This document shows, piece after piece, positions 42,530 through 51,181 of a stretch of 64,000 nucleotides of DNA (position 1 is the first letter of the stretch; every line of letters begins with the position of its first letter). Origin of the DNA: Gammaproteobacteria bacterium (GTDB lineage Bacteria; Pseudomonadota; Gammaproteobacteria; Steroidobacterales; UBA11654); assembly GCA_002691465.1 (NCBI GenBank), contig NZHP01000001.1:6255-70254 (forward strand). The letters are read 5' to 3'. The position numbers were made by a program, and so were the translations under genes. The notes below the pieces were generated by a model. That model was not told the DNA's origin. It saw only the letters and a program-made list of their open reading frames with translations, and did not search any database.

Positions 42530-44038
42530 ATGATTACAGACATCATTAATGTAGTAGATACACTTTCTGAAGCAAAAGACGTTGAAAGAGAGGTCATCTT
42601 TGAGGCCATTGAGAATGCATTAGAGTCAACTACTAAGAAAAAATACACTGAAAATATGGATGTTAAAGTCACCATTGATCGAGAATCTGGTGATTATAAA
42701 ACATACCAAAGATGGATGGTTTTTGCAGATGACTCTAGAGAATTAGAAGATCCTGATTTTGAGTTAAGAATGATTGATGCTGTCGACATCGATAAAGATG
42801 CTAAAGAAGGTGAATATGTCTATCAAAAAATAGAGTCGGTCGATCTAGACAGTAGAATTGGTGCCCAGATAGCCAAACAAGTGATTGTCCAAAAAGTAAG
42901 AGAAGCTGAGAAAAAGAAAGTTATTGAGCTTTATGAGGATCGCTTAGGTGAAGTTTTAAGCGGTGTAGTAAAAAGAGTTGATCGAAACGGTTTTTATGTC
43001 GATGTTGGAAATAATGCAGAAGCATTCTTGCCAAGAAGAGAGTCAATAGCAAAAGAAGCTATTAGGCCGCAGGATAGAATCAAAGCCGTTCTAAAAGACA
43101 TAAATGATGACTTAAAGGGCCCGCCACTAATTTTATCTAGAGTAAGCTCTGATTTTCTAATTGAATTATTTAAGATTGAAGTCCCTGAAATTAATCAAAA
43201 CTTGATCAATATAGTTGGCGCTTCAAGAGACCCTGGATCAAGAGCCAAGATTGCTGTGAGGTCCGATGACAAAAGAATCGACGCCGTTGGAGCATGTGTT
43301 GGTATGAGAGGATCAAGAGTCCAATCTGTTTCTAATGAATTAAATGGCGAAAGAATTGATATCATCTTGTGGTCAGACAATACTGCTCAGTTTGTTGTCA
43401 ATGCAATGTCTCCAGCCAATGTTGTATCAATTGTAGTCGATGAAGAAAATCAAAGCATGGATATTGCGGTCGAAGAAGCAAAATTATCTCAAGCCATCGG
43501 TAAAGGTGGTCAAAATATCAGACTAGCTAGTGAGTTAACTCAATGGAAACTCAATGTATTAAGTGAAACTGAAGCATTAGAAAAAGACGATGAAGAAATA
43601 CAAAAAATCAGCGATTTATTTGTTAAGTCACTGTCAGTAGGAGAAGATGTCGCTATATTGCTTGCACAAGAGGGATTTACATCAATTGAACAAGTTGCAT
43701 ATGTTCCAGTTACAGAACTTCAGAAAATCGAAGGTTTTGATGAAACTCTAGTAAATGAACTTAGAGAAAGGGCACAAGATCAACTACTTCTTGAAGCCAT
43801 ATCAACCGAGGAAAACCTTGAAGAACATGGACCGTCTGATGACTTATTAGCGCTCGAAACAGTTTCAGAAGAAATTGCATATTCGCTTGCTCGTGGAGGA
43901 ATTAACACGAAAAACCTTCTGGCAGAACAATCGATTGATGAGTTAATTGAGATTGATGACATTGATGAAGAAATGGCTTCAGCAATGATACTGGAAGCTA
44001 GAGAGGATTGGTTCAAAGAAGGAAAAATAGAGAGTTAA
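42530..44038 (+). CDS. nusA: transcription termination/antitermination factor NusA
   Basis: 502 aa. S1 and two KH regions (GACVGMRGSRVQSVSNEL, AIGKGGQNIRLAS) and C-terminal acidic repeats. Confidence 0.97.
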   Translation: MITDIINVVDTLSEAKDVEREVIFEAIENALESTTKKKYTENMDVKVTIDRESGDYKTYQRWMVFADDSRELEDPDFELRMIDAVDIDKDAKEGEYVYQKIESVDLDSRIGAQIAKQVIVQKVREAEKKKVIELYEDRLGEVLSGVVKRVDRNGFYVDVGNNAEAFLPRRESIAKEAIRPQDRIKAVLKDINDDLKGPPLILSRVSSDFLIELFKIEVPEINQNLINIVGASRDPGSRAKIAVRSDDKRIDAVGACVGMRGSRVQSVSNELNGERIDIILWSDNTAQFVVNAMSPANVVSIVVDEENQSMDIAVEEAKLSQAIGKGGQNIRLASELTQWKLNVLSETEALEKDDEEIQKISDLFVKSLSVGEDVAILLAQEGFTSIEQVAYVPVTELQKIEGFDETLVNELRERAQDQLLLEAISTEENLEEHGPSDDLLALETVSEEIAYSLARGGINTKNLLAEQSIDELIEIDDIDEEMASAMILEAREDWFKEGKIES

Positions 44039-44053
44039 AAATAAGGGATTATT

Positions 44054-46462
44054 ATGTCAACTACAACGGTATCTAAATTAGCAACTGCACTCAAAATTAA
44101 ACCAGAGAAATTAATTTCTCAACTGAAAGATGCGGGCATCAGCGTTTCAGCTGAATCAGATACTATCACTAATGATCAAAAACTAACGTTGTTAAATCAT
44201 CTCAGAGGTAGTCATGGAACAAAGAGCGAAATAAAGTCACCAAAGAAACTAACTGTGAACAGGAGGTCCCAAAGCGAATTAAAACTCTCAGGTGGTTTTG
44301 GTACTTCTAGGACTGTAAACGTTGAAATCAGAAAAAAGGCTACATACGTTAATAAAGATTCTCTTCTCGAGGAAGCAAAAGCAGCTGAGGAAAGTGAAAA
44401 AAGTGCAAAAGAAGCTGAGGAAAAGATAGCAATAGAAGAGGCCGAGAAAGAAGAGGTAGAAAAATCAATTGAATCAACTACCCAAATCAAGGAATCAGAT
44501 AGAACATCAGATTCTCAAATTACAAATGAACCGGCTAAGGATCAACAAAAAAAGAAATGGAAAAAAACAAAACATGAAAAACCAGTTGATCCATTTGAGA
44601 TGAAGGAGCTTCATGTTAAAGGCACCGTAAAAAGAAGAAAGAAGAGACAACCAAAACGCTCTGTTAATTTATCATCAATTGACCAATCACATACATTTGA
44701 AAAGCCTACCCAAGCAGTCGTAAAAACCATTGATATACCAACATCTATTTCACCACAAGAAATTGCTCAAAAACTCGCAATGAAAGTCAGTGAAGTGATT
44801 TCTGTAATGATTGGACAGGGTATCATGGCAACTGGCAATGATCATATCGATCAAGATACAGCTATATTAGTTGTTGAAGAATTGGGACATAAAGCACTTC
44901 CAATGGACGAAAGATCTATCGAGGATTCTGTATTTGATCAGCAAATAAACGAACATGAGGCAGCTAAAAGACCCCCTGTTGTTACCATAATGGGACACGT
45001 TGACCATGGAAAAACATCTCTACTTGATTATATTAGGAAAACCAAAGTTACTGAAGGTGAAGCAGGTGGTATTACCCAACACATTGGTGCATATACCATT
45101 GACGTAAATAATCAACAAATCACATTTCTAGACACTCCTGGCCATGCTGCATTTTCACAGATGCGATCAAGAGGTGCAAATATCACAGATATTGTAATCC
45201 TAGTTGTTGCATCGGACGATGGAGTCAAGCCTCAAACAGAAGAAGCTATTGAACATGCAAGAAATGCCGGTGTTCCGATTATTGTAGCTATTAATAAAAT
45301 AGATAAACCCGAAGCAAATACTGAAAAGGTCAAAAATGAATTAATGGGGCTCGAAGTCATACCTGAAGACTTGGGCGGTGATGTATTGTTCGTTAATGTC
45401 TCTGCTCATAGTGGTGAAGGTATTGAAGATTTACTCGAATCAATTTTATTACAGGCAGAAGTTCTTGACTTAAATGCACCATTTGAAGGCAGACCGATTG
45501 GAAGTGTTATTGAGTCGGGGGTTGAAAGTGGAAAAGGCGCTGTTGCAACGATTCTAATAAGTGAAGGTAAATTAGCTAAAGGTGACTTAATCATTGTCGG
45601 TGAAGAATTTGGTAGAGCAAGAATCCTCTTAAATGAAATCGGTGAGCAACTTTCGGAAGCAACACCATCGATGCCAGTCAAAGTATATGGATTGTCTGGA
45701 GCACCCAATACTGGAGATGAACTTAGACAAGTTGATTCCGAAAGACAAGCCAAGGAAATTAGTGAATCAAGAAAAGAGAATAGAAAGAAAAATACTCTTA
45801 ATGAGAAACAAGCTCAGAAGATGAAGTCATTTATGGAATCATCTGATACAAATAAAAAAGTTATTTCTATAATGATTAAGGCAGATGTAAGAGGAAGCGC
45901 CGAAGCTATCAAGGACTCATTATTAAAGCTTTCAAACGATGAAGTTGAGATTGATATAATCTCAAACTCAATAGGAGGAATCACAGAGTCAGATTTAAAT
46001 CTTGCAGAGGCATCTGATTCTTTTGTTATCGGATTTAATGTACGAGCTGACAATTCTGCGAGAAAGTTACTAAAAGACTCTACAATTGAGGTTAAATACT
46101 ACAGCATCATATATGAAACAATTGAAGACATCAGCAATATGGTCTCTGGCATGGCCTCGCCAGTCATTAAAGAAGAAATATGTGGATTGGCTGAAGTCAG
46201 AGATATATTTGATTCGCCATCATTAGGTAAGATTGCAGGCTGTTTAGTCATTGACGGAACTGTAATCAAATCGAACCCCATTAGAGTTCTGAGAGATAAT
46301 ACTGTGATTTATGAAGGTGAGCTTGAGTCACTTAGAAGATTTAAAGATGACGTCAATGAAGTTAAATCTGGTACCGAATGCGGAATTGGAGTAAAAAACT
46401 ACAACGATGTAAAAGCTGGTGACCAAATCGAATGCTACAGGTCCGTGGAAGTTAAAAAATAA
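44054..46462 (+). CDS. infB: translation initiation factor IF-2
   Basis: 802 aa. K/E-rich N-terminal region. GTPase motifs [17 protein letters not shown] and NKID. Confidence 0.97.
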   Translation: MSTTTVSKLATALKIKPEKLISQLKDAGISVSAESDTITNDQKLTLLNHLRGSHGTKSEIKSPKKLTVNRRSQSELKLSGGFGTSRTVNVEIRKKATYVNKDSLLEEAKAAEESEKSAKEAEEKIAIEEAEKEEVEKSIESTTQIKESDRTSDSQITNEPAKDQQKKKWKKTKHEKPVDPFEMKELHVKGTVKRRKKRQPKRSVNLSSIDQSHTFEKPTQAVVKTIDIPTSISPQEIAQKLAMKVSEVISVMIGQGIMATGNDHIDQDTAILVVEELGHKALPMDERSIEDSVFDQQINEHEAAKRPPVVTIMGHVDHGKTSLLDYIRKTKVTEGEAGGITQHIGAYTIDVNNQQITFLDTPGHAAFSQMRSRGANITDIVILVVASDDGVKPQTEEAIEHARNAGVPIIVAINKIDKPEANTEKVKNELMGLEVIPEDLGGDVLFVNVSAHSGEGIEDLLESILLQAEVLDLNAPFEGRPIGSVIESGVESGKGAVATILISEGKLAKGDLIIVGEEFGRARILLNEIGEQLSEATPSMPVKVYGLSGAPNTGDELRQVDSERQAKEISESRKENRKKNTLNEKQAQKMKSFMESSDTNKKVISIMIKADVRGSAEAIKDSLLKLSNDEVEIDIISNSIGGITESDLNLAEASDSFVIGFNVRADNSARKLLKDSTIEVKYYSIIYETIEDISNMVSGMASPVIKEEICGLAEVRDIFDSPSLGKIAGCLVIDGTVIKSNPIRVLRDNTVIYEGELESLRRFKDDVNEVKSGTECGIGVKNYNDVKAGDQIECYRSVEVKK

Positions 46463-46463
46463 A

Positions 46464-46829
46464 ATGACAAATGATTTCTCTATCAATTCAAGAGTAGAAG
46501 CGAAAATTCATAGAATCCTCAGCGAAACAATCATTCATGATATTAAAGATCCTAGATTAAAAAATGTATCTATTAATGAAGTAAAGTTATCTCCAGATTT
46601 AAGCAATGCTAAGATTTATTGTTCTTGTTTTATAATGAGCAAAGATGACTCTAGTGAACTAGTAAGCCTTATTTCAAAAGCTTCTGGCATTTTTAAAAAG
46701 AATATTGGAAAAAGAGTCTCTTTAAAAAAGATTCCGCAACTGAGTTTTATATTTGATGATCATGAAGAGTATGCGAATCAACTCACAGATTTAATCGATA
46801 ATACTGTTAAGAATGACTCAAAAAAATAA
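46464..46829 (+). CDS. rbfA: ribosome-binding factor RbfA
   Basis: Start set to the ATG at 46464, immediately after the infB stop. The ORF-track start at 46419 lies inside infB. Contains RVEAKIHRILSE...DPRLKNVSINEVKLSPDLSNAKIY. Confidence 0.88.
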   Translation: MTNDFSINSRVEAKIHRILSETIIHDIKDPRLKNVSINEVKLSPDLSNAKIYCSCFIMSKDDSSELVSLISKASGIFKKNIGKRVSLKKIPQLSFIFDDHEEYANQLTDLIDNTVKNDSKK

Positions 46830-47712
46830 CATCGATGGAATTCTACTCTTGGATAAACCATTTATGCTGTCATCAAATAATGCAATTCAGAAAATAAAAA
46901 AACAATTCAATATCCGTAAAGTCGGACATACAGGTACTCTGGATCCTCTTGCAACTGGGCTATTACCGGTTTGCATGGGAAATGCAACAAGGATATCTCA
47001 ATTTTTGATTAATTCAGATAAAACATATAGGGCAACTATTAATCTTGGTATCAAAACCTCAACTGGAGATAAAGAAGGGGAGACGATTGAAAGATGTTCA
47101 TCTGATGTTTCAGCTGATCCTTCAAAGATTGATCTGGTATTGCAATCATTCATCGGCGAACAAAATCAAATACCGCCCATGTATTCAGCAATAAAACATA
47201 ATGGAGAGCGATTATACAAACTTGCACAAAGAGGTTTAAGTGTTTCAAGAAAACCAAGATCCATAAAAATAATTTCAATAAATTTAATCTCAATTAATGA
47301 TAATCATTTGGAGTTAATAATTGAATGCAGTAAAGGAACTTATATACGAACACTAGCCGAGGATATTGCGAATAAGCTTGGAACAGTTGGACATATCGAT
47401 CAACTCAGAAGATTGAGTATAAAATGTTTTGATAAGCAATCTATGTTTTCGTTAGATGAAATAATGAATTCTGATAGGATCGATAAATTCTTAATTCCTA
47501 TTGATAGACCACTAAAGCAGCTTGCAAAGTTAAACTTTTCTGAATCAGACTCCTTAATGTTTAGAAATGGTCTTCCCATTCCAATCAATCACATACCAAA
47601 TGACGAACCTGATTTCATAAGAATCTACAATGATGAAAGTCTGTTTATAGGTCTTGGCCTATATTCTGATGGCTGCATAAAGCCAAAAATCGTTTTCAGC
47701 AATAATAATTAG
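46813..47712 (+). CDS. truB: tRNA pseudouridine-55 synthase TruB
   Basis: 299 aa. GILLLDKP and catalytic GHTGTLDPLATGLLP. Confidence 0.93.
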   Translation: MTQKNNIDGILLLDKPFMLSSNNAIQKIKKQFNIRKVGHTGTLDPLATGLLPVCMGNATRISQFLINSDKTYRATINLGIKTSTGDKEGETIERCSSDVSADPSKIDLVLQSFIGEQNQIPPMYSAIKHNGERLYKLAQRGLSVSRKPRSIKIISINLISINDNHLELIIECSKGTYIRTLAEDIANKLGTVGHIDQLRRLSIKCFDKQSMFSLDEIMNSDRIDKFLIPIDRPLKQLAKLNFSESDSLMFRNGLPIPINHIPNDEPDFIRIYNDESLFIGLGLYSDGCIKPKIVFSNNN

Positions 47713-47724
47713 TGCATTAACTTG

Positions 47725-47752
47725 TTGTTGTAATGTTTAAACTATGTAGAAT
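47725..47752 (+). promoter_or_regulatory. candidate sigma70 promoter for rpsO
   Basis: TTGTTG (47725-47730), 16-nt spacer, TAGAAT (47747-47752), 32 nt upstream of the rpsO ATG. Pattern match only. Confidence 0.3.
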
Positions 47753-47783
47753 AGCGACTTGAAATTATTAAATAATATTAAAT

Positions 47784-48053
47784 ATGACACTAAATACAGA
47801 TAAAAAAAGCGAAGTGATTGATAAATATAAAACTTCTGAGATGGATACTGGGTCTCCTAATGTCCAAGTTGCACTTCTAACTCAAAAAATTGAATCATTA
47901 ACGAATCATTTTATGACTCATAAGAAAGACAATCATTCGCGTAGAGGTTTATTGATGATGGTAAATAAAAGAAGAAAACTGCTTGATTATCTCAAGTCAA
48001 AAGACTTCTCATCATACAAGCAGCTAATATCTGATCTAGGATTAAGAAAGTAA
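47784..48053 (+). CDS. rpsO: 30S ribosomal protein S15
   Basis: 89 aa. [33 protein letters not shown]. Confidence 0.96.
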   Translation: MTLNTDKKSEVIDKYKTSEMDTGSPNVQVALLTQKIESLTNHFMTHKKDNHSRRGLLMMVNKRRKLLDYLKSKDFSSYKQLISDLGLRK

Positions 48054-48062
48054 GTCATATCA

Positions 48063-48078
48063 ATGGTCGATTGACCAT
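48063..48078 (+). promoter_or_regulatory. small hairpin in the 43-nt rpsO-pnp spacer (possible processing or attenuation site)
   Basis: ATGGTC-GATT-GACCAT. In E. coli the rpsO-pnp leader holds an RNase III-processed hairpin. This stem is only 6 bp, so the function is speculative. Confidence 0.25.
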
Positions 48079-48096
48079 ATAAAGAAAGGAAAGTAA

Positions 48097-50178
48097 GTGA
48101 ATCAAATATCAAAAGAGATCATAATCAATGATCAAACAATCACCCTCGAAACTGGAAAAGTAGCAAGACAAGCAAATGGAGCAGTCATAGCATCATGTGA
48201 TGGAACAACTGTTCTAGCAACCGTTGCAGCAAAAAGAGAAGCTAAAGAGAATCAAAGTTTTTTTCCTCTATCGGTTAATTATCAAGAGAAAACTTATGCG
48301 GCTGGAAAAATTCCAGGTGGATTCTTTAAAAGAGAAGGAAGGCCATCTGAAAAGGAAACTCTTATCTCAAGATTAATTGATAGGCCATTAAGGCCATCAT
48401 TCAGGGATGATTTCCTCAATGAGGTGCAAGTCGTCATAACGGTTATGAGCCTTAACCCTGAAGTGCAAACAGATGTAATATCCATGATTGCTGCATCAGC
48501 AGCATTATCTATTTCAGATATACCATTTAATGGACCAATTGCAGGTGTAAGAGTTGGATATATTGATAATAAACCTGTCATAAATCCCACGGTATCTGAA
48601 ATGGATAACTCTGCACTTGACTTAATGGTTGCTGGAACAACGAATGCCATTCTAATGGTTGAATCTGAAGCAAAGGAACTTTCTGAAGACGTTATGCTTG
48701 ATTGTGTAATGAAAGGACACGACGAGATAAAGACAATTATTGATGGCATTAATGATCTAGTTAAAGAAGCAGGTAAAGAAAAATGGATTCTTGAGGAAAA
48801 TGAAAAAGATGAAACTTTAAAGAACAAAGTTACAGAGATTGCTGCTTCCGATATTGAAAGTGCTTATTCCATTGTTGAAAAGTCAGAAAGAACTGCCCGT
48901 CTCGCAGAAATTAAGCAAAGTACAATTGATCAGATTACCGAATCAGACGAAGAAATCTCTAAAGATGATATAGCATCTGAAATCAAAAAAATTGAGAAAG
49001 AGACTGTTCGATCAAAAATACTCAATGGGGAACCAAGAATTGATGGACGTGATACAAAGACAGTAAGAGATATCAATGTTGATATCAACATTCTTGAAAG
49101 AACTCATGGGTCTGCATTATTCACTCGTGGTGAAACTCAATCTATTGTAGTAACAACATTAGGTTCAGAACGATCCTCGCAAATAATTGATGCACTAGAA
49201 GGTGAGTATAAAGATAAATTTATGTTGCACTATAATTTTCCACCTTACTCTGTTGGTGAAGTCGGCTTTATGGGATCCCCAAAAAGAAGAGAAATCGGTC
49301 ATGGTAAACTTGCAAGAAGGGCATTAGAAGCAGTATTACCTAATATGGCTGAATATCCATATACCATAAGGATTGTTTCAGAGATAACTGAATCCAATGG
49401 TTCCAGTTCGATGGCTACTGTTTGTGGATCTAGTCTTTCTTTGATGCATGCTGGAGTTCCTATTAAATCTCATGTTGCAGGTATTGCGATGGGACTAGTA
49501 ATGGAAGGCGATCAATATAAAGTTTTGACCGATATTCTTGGTGATGAAGATCACCTTGGCGACATGGATTTTAAAGTAGCAGGAACTGATAATGGAATCA
49601 CTGCGCTTCAAATGGATATTAAAATAGCCGGCATCACTGAAGAAATTATGAAAGATGCACTTAGCCAAGCTAAGGATGCAAAAGACCATATTCTTAAAAT
49701 AATGAATGAAGCAATATCATCACCTTCAGAAGAATACTCTCCTTATGCTCCATCAATCATTAGCATAACTGTTCCTAAAGATAAAATTAGAGACGTCATA
49801 GGCAAAGGCGGAGCAACAATAAGATCAATCACTGAGGTAACTGGAGCCCAAGTTGATATCAATGATGATGGAATTGTAACAATTGCATCTGTTGATCAAG
49901 AATCGGGCCTTAAAGCAAAAGAAAAAATAGAATTGCTCACGGCTGACGTTGAAGTAGATAAAATCTATGAAGGCAGAGTAGCTAAAATAATGGATTTTGG
50001 AGCTTTTGTTACAATCCTTCCGGGTAAAGATGGTTTAGTACATATATCAGAGATCTCTGAAGAGCGAGTGGAGTCAGTAACTGATGTTCTTAGTGAGGGT
50101 CAAGTAATTCAAGTAAAAGTAATCGAGATTGACAGGCAAAATAGAATCAGACTTTCAATGAAAGCAATCAAAGATTAA
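48097..50178 (+). CDS. pnp: polyribonucleotide nucleotidyltransferase (PNPase)
   Basis: 693 aa with a GTG start. Two RNase PH domains (FPPYSVGE), KH ([10 protein letters not shown]) and a C-terminal S1 domain. Confidence 0.97.
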   Translation: MNQISKEIIINDQTITLETGKVARQANGAVIASCDGTTVLATVAAKREAKENQSFFPLSVNYQEKTYAAGKIPGGFFKREGRPSEKETLISRLIDRPLRPSFRDDFLNEVQVVITVMSLNPEVQTDVISMIAASAALSISDIPFNGPIAGVRVGYIDNKPVINPTVSEMDNSALDLMVAGTTNAILMVESEAKELSEDVMLDCVMKGHDEIKTIIDGINDLVKEAGKEKWILEENEKDETLKNKVTEIAASDIESAYSIVEKSERTARLAEIKQSTIDQITESDEEISKDDIASEIKKIEKETVRSKILNGEPRIDGRDTKTVRDINVDINILERTHGSALFTRGETQSIVVTTLGSERSSQIIDALEGEYKDKFMLHYNFPPYSVGEVGFMGSPKRREIGHGKLARRALEAVLPNMAEYPYTIRIVSEITESNGSSSMATVCGSSLSLMHAGVPIKSHVAGIAMGLVMEGDQYKVLTDILGDEDHLGDMDFKVAGTDNGITALQMDIKIAGITEEIMKDALSQAKDAKDHILKIMNEAISSPSEEYSPYAPSIISITVPKDKIRDVIGKGGATIRSITEVTGAQVDINDDGIVTIASVDQESGLKAKEKIELLTADVEVDKIYEGRVAKIMDFGAFVTILPGKDGLVHISEISEERVESVTDVLSEGQVIQVKVIEIDRQNRIRLSMKAIKD

Positions 50179-50637
50179 TTATCTAGTATCTTTAAACTGT
50201 TTCTCTGTGATTTCTCTTCTCTCCTGAGCTTCAAGAGTGTAAGTTGCTACTGGTCTTGCCTCAAGACGTTTTAAACCTATTTCTTCACCAGTTTCTTCAC
50301 AGTATCCAAAAGTACCCTCATCAATCTTAACAAGAGATACCTGTATCTTTCTAAGCAGTTTTCTTTCTCTGTCACGGGTTCGAAGTTCTAGTCCAAATTC
50401 TGATTCTTGAGTTGCTCGATCATTTGGGTCAGCCAAATTATTACTATCAGTTTTTAAATGTTTTACAGTTTCTTCAGCTTCAATTTCTAATTGTTTTTTC
50501 CATGCTATGAGAAGTTTTCTGAAATGATTTAATTGGGTTTTTGACATATACTTTTCCTTTGCCTTACGTTTGTAAGGTTTAATCCCAAATTGTTCGAGAA
50601 GGGAGCCGTATTCTTTCTTTGTTTTTTTACGTGGCAT
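50179..50637 (-). CDS. dksA: RNA polymerase-binding transcription factor DksA (cysteine-poor variant)
   Basis: 152 aa. Aligns with E. coli DksA from the N-terminus (YMSKTQLNHFRKLL), through the coiled-coil tip DxxDxA (DPNDRATQE), to FGYCEETGEEIGLKRLEARP. Confidence 0.9.
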   Translation of the reverse strand: MPRKKTKKEYGSLLEQFGIKPYKRKAKEKYMSKTQLNHFRKLLIAWKKQLEIEAEETVKHLKTDSNNLADPNDRATQESEFGLELRTRDRERKLLRKIQVSLVKIDEGTFGYCEETGEEIGLKRLEARPVATYTLEAQERREITEKQFKDTR

Positions 50638-50664
50638 AGATCTAGTATTTTTAAAAAGAGAAAG

Positions 50665-50692
50665 ATTATACTCTGAAAAATGATTTTGTGAA
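50665..50692 (-). promoter_or_regulatory. candidate sigma70 promoter for dksA
   Basis: Reverse strand: TTCACA (50692-50687), 16-nt spacer, TATAAT (50670-50665), about 28 nt upstream of the dksA ATG. Confidence 0.35.
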
Positions 50693-50709
50693 TAGTTATC
50701 GAGCCTGAA

Positions 50710-51096
50710 TTATTTGATTTTATTCTTTGGCTTCCAGTTAGAGTTTCGATGAGTAAATTCAACATCAGTATAGATACCACCTCGAACATTAAATTTTGAC
50801 TTAAAGTAAAGATATCTTGGCGATAGTAGTTCCATTAAATGTTCATATATCTTACCTGTGACTGCCTCATGATATGCACCTTCCTCTCGATATGACGCCA
50901 TATATAATTTAAGTGATTTTAATTCTACACAGAATCTATCAGGCACATATTCAAGATACATCTTTGCAAAATCAGGCTGACCTGTCATTGGACACAAGCA
51001 TGTAAATTCAGGTATTTTTATTTTAATTAAGAAATCATGATCGATATTTGGATTATCAAACGTCTCGAGAAGATTATTGCTAGATTTCTGCTTCAT
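50710..51096 (-). CDS. queF: NADPH-dependent 7-cyano-7-deazaguanine (preQ0) reductase, unimodular type I
   Basis: 128 aa. Catalytic Cys context [15 protein letters not shown] and the QueF motif ELKSLKLYM. Confidence 0.9.
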   Translation of the reverse strand: MKQKSSNNLLETFDNPNIDHDFLIKIKIPEFTCLCPMTGQPDFAKMYLEYVPDRFCVELKSLKLYMASYREEGAYHEAVTGKIYEHLMELLSPRYLYFKSKFNVRGGIYTDVEFTHRNSNWKPKNKIK

Positions 51097-51181
51097 TCTT
51101 TTTACCTCATTTTTTCAATTTATTAATGTATATAAGAAACAATATATTTTAAAATGAACTATTATCTTTTAATAGTGTTGT

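Noticed and set aside
44380-44480. Direct repeats GAAGCTGAGGAAA and a K/E-rich run inside infB
   Set aside because: This is low-complexity sequence in the poorly conserved N-terminal domain of IF-2, which is typically charged and repetitive. It is in frame and not a mobile or regulatory repeat.
48294-48827. Long antisense ORFs in the track (this 177-aa one inside pnp; also 8540-8992, 4997-5257, 17073-17426, 22224-22529, 24194-24544, 45406-45753, 51169-51501 and others)
   Set aside because: All are embedded opposite strongly conserved, confidently identified genes. Their compositions are Ser/Ile/Leu-rich, as expected from reading AT-rich coding DNA backwards. There is no independent support.
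51097-51181. Possible preQ1 riboswitch upstream of queF
   Set aside because: The 85-nt divergent spacer is almost pure A/T. It lacks the conserved C-rich core and the ACCCUC...AAAAAACUA-like elements of preQ1-I/II aptamers.
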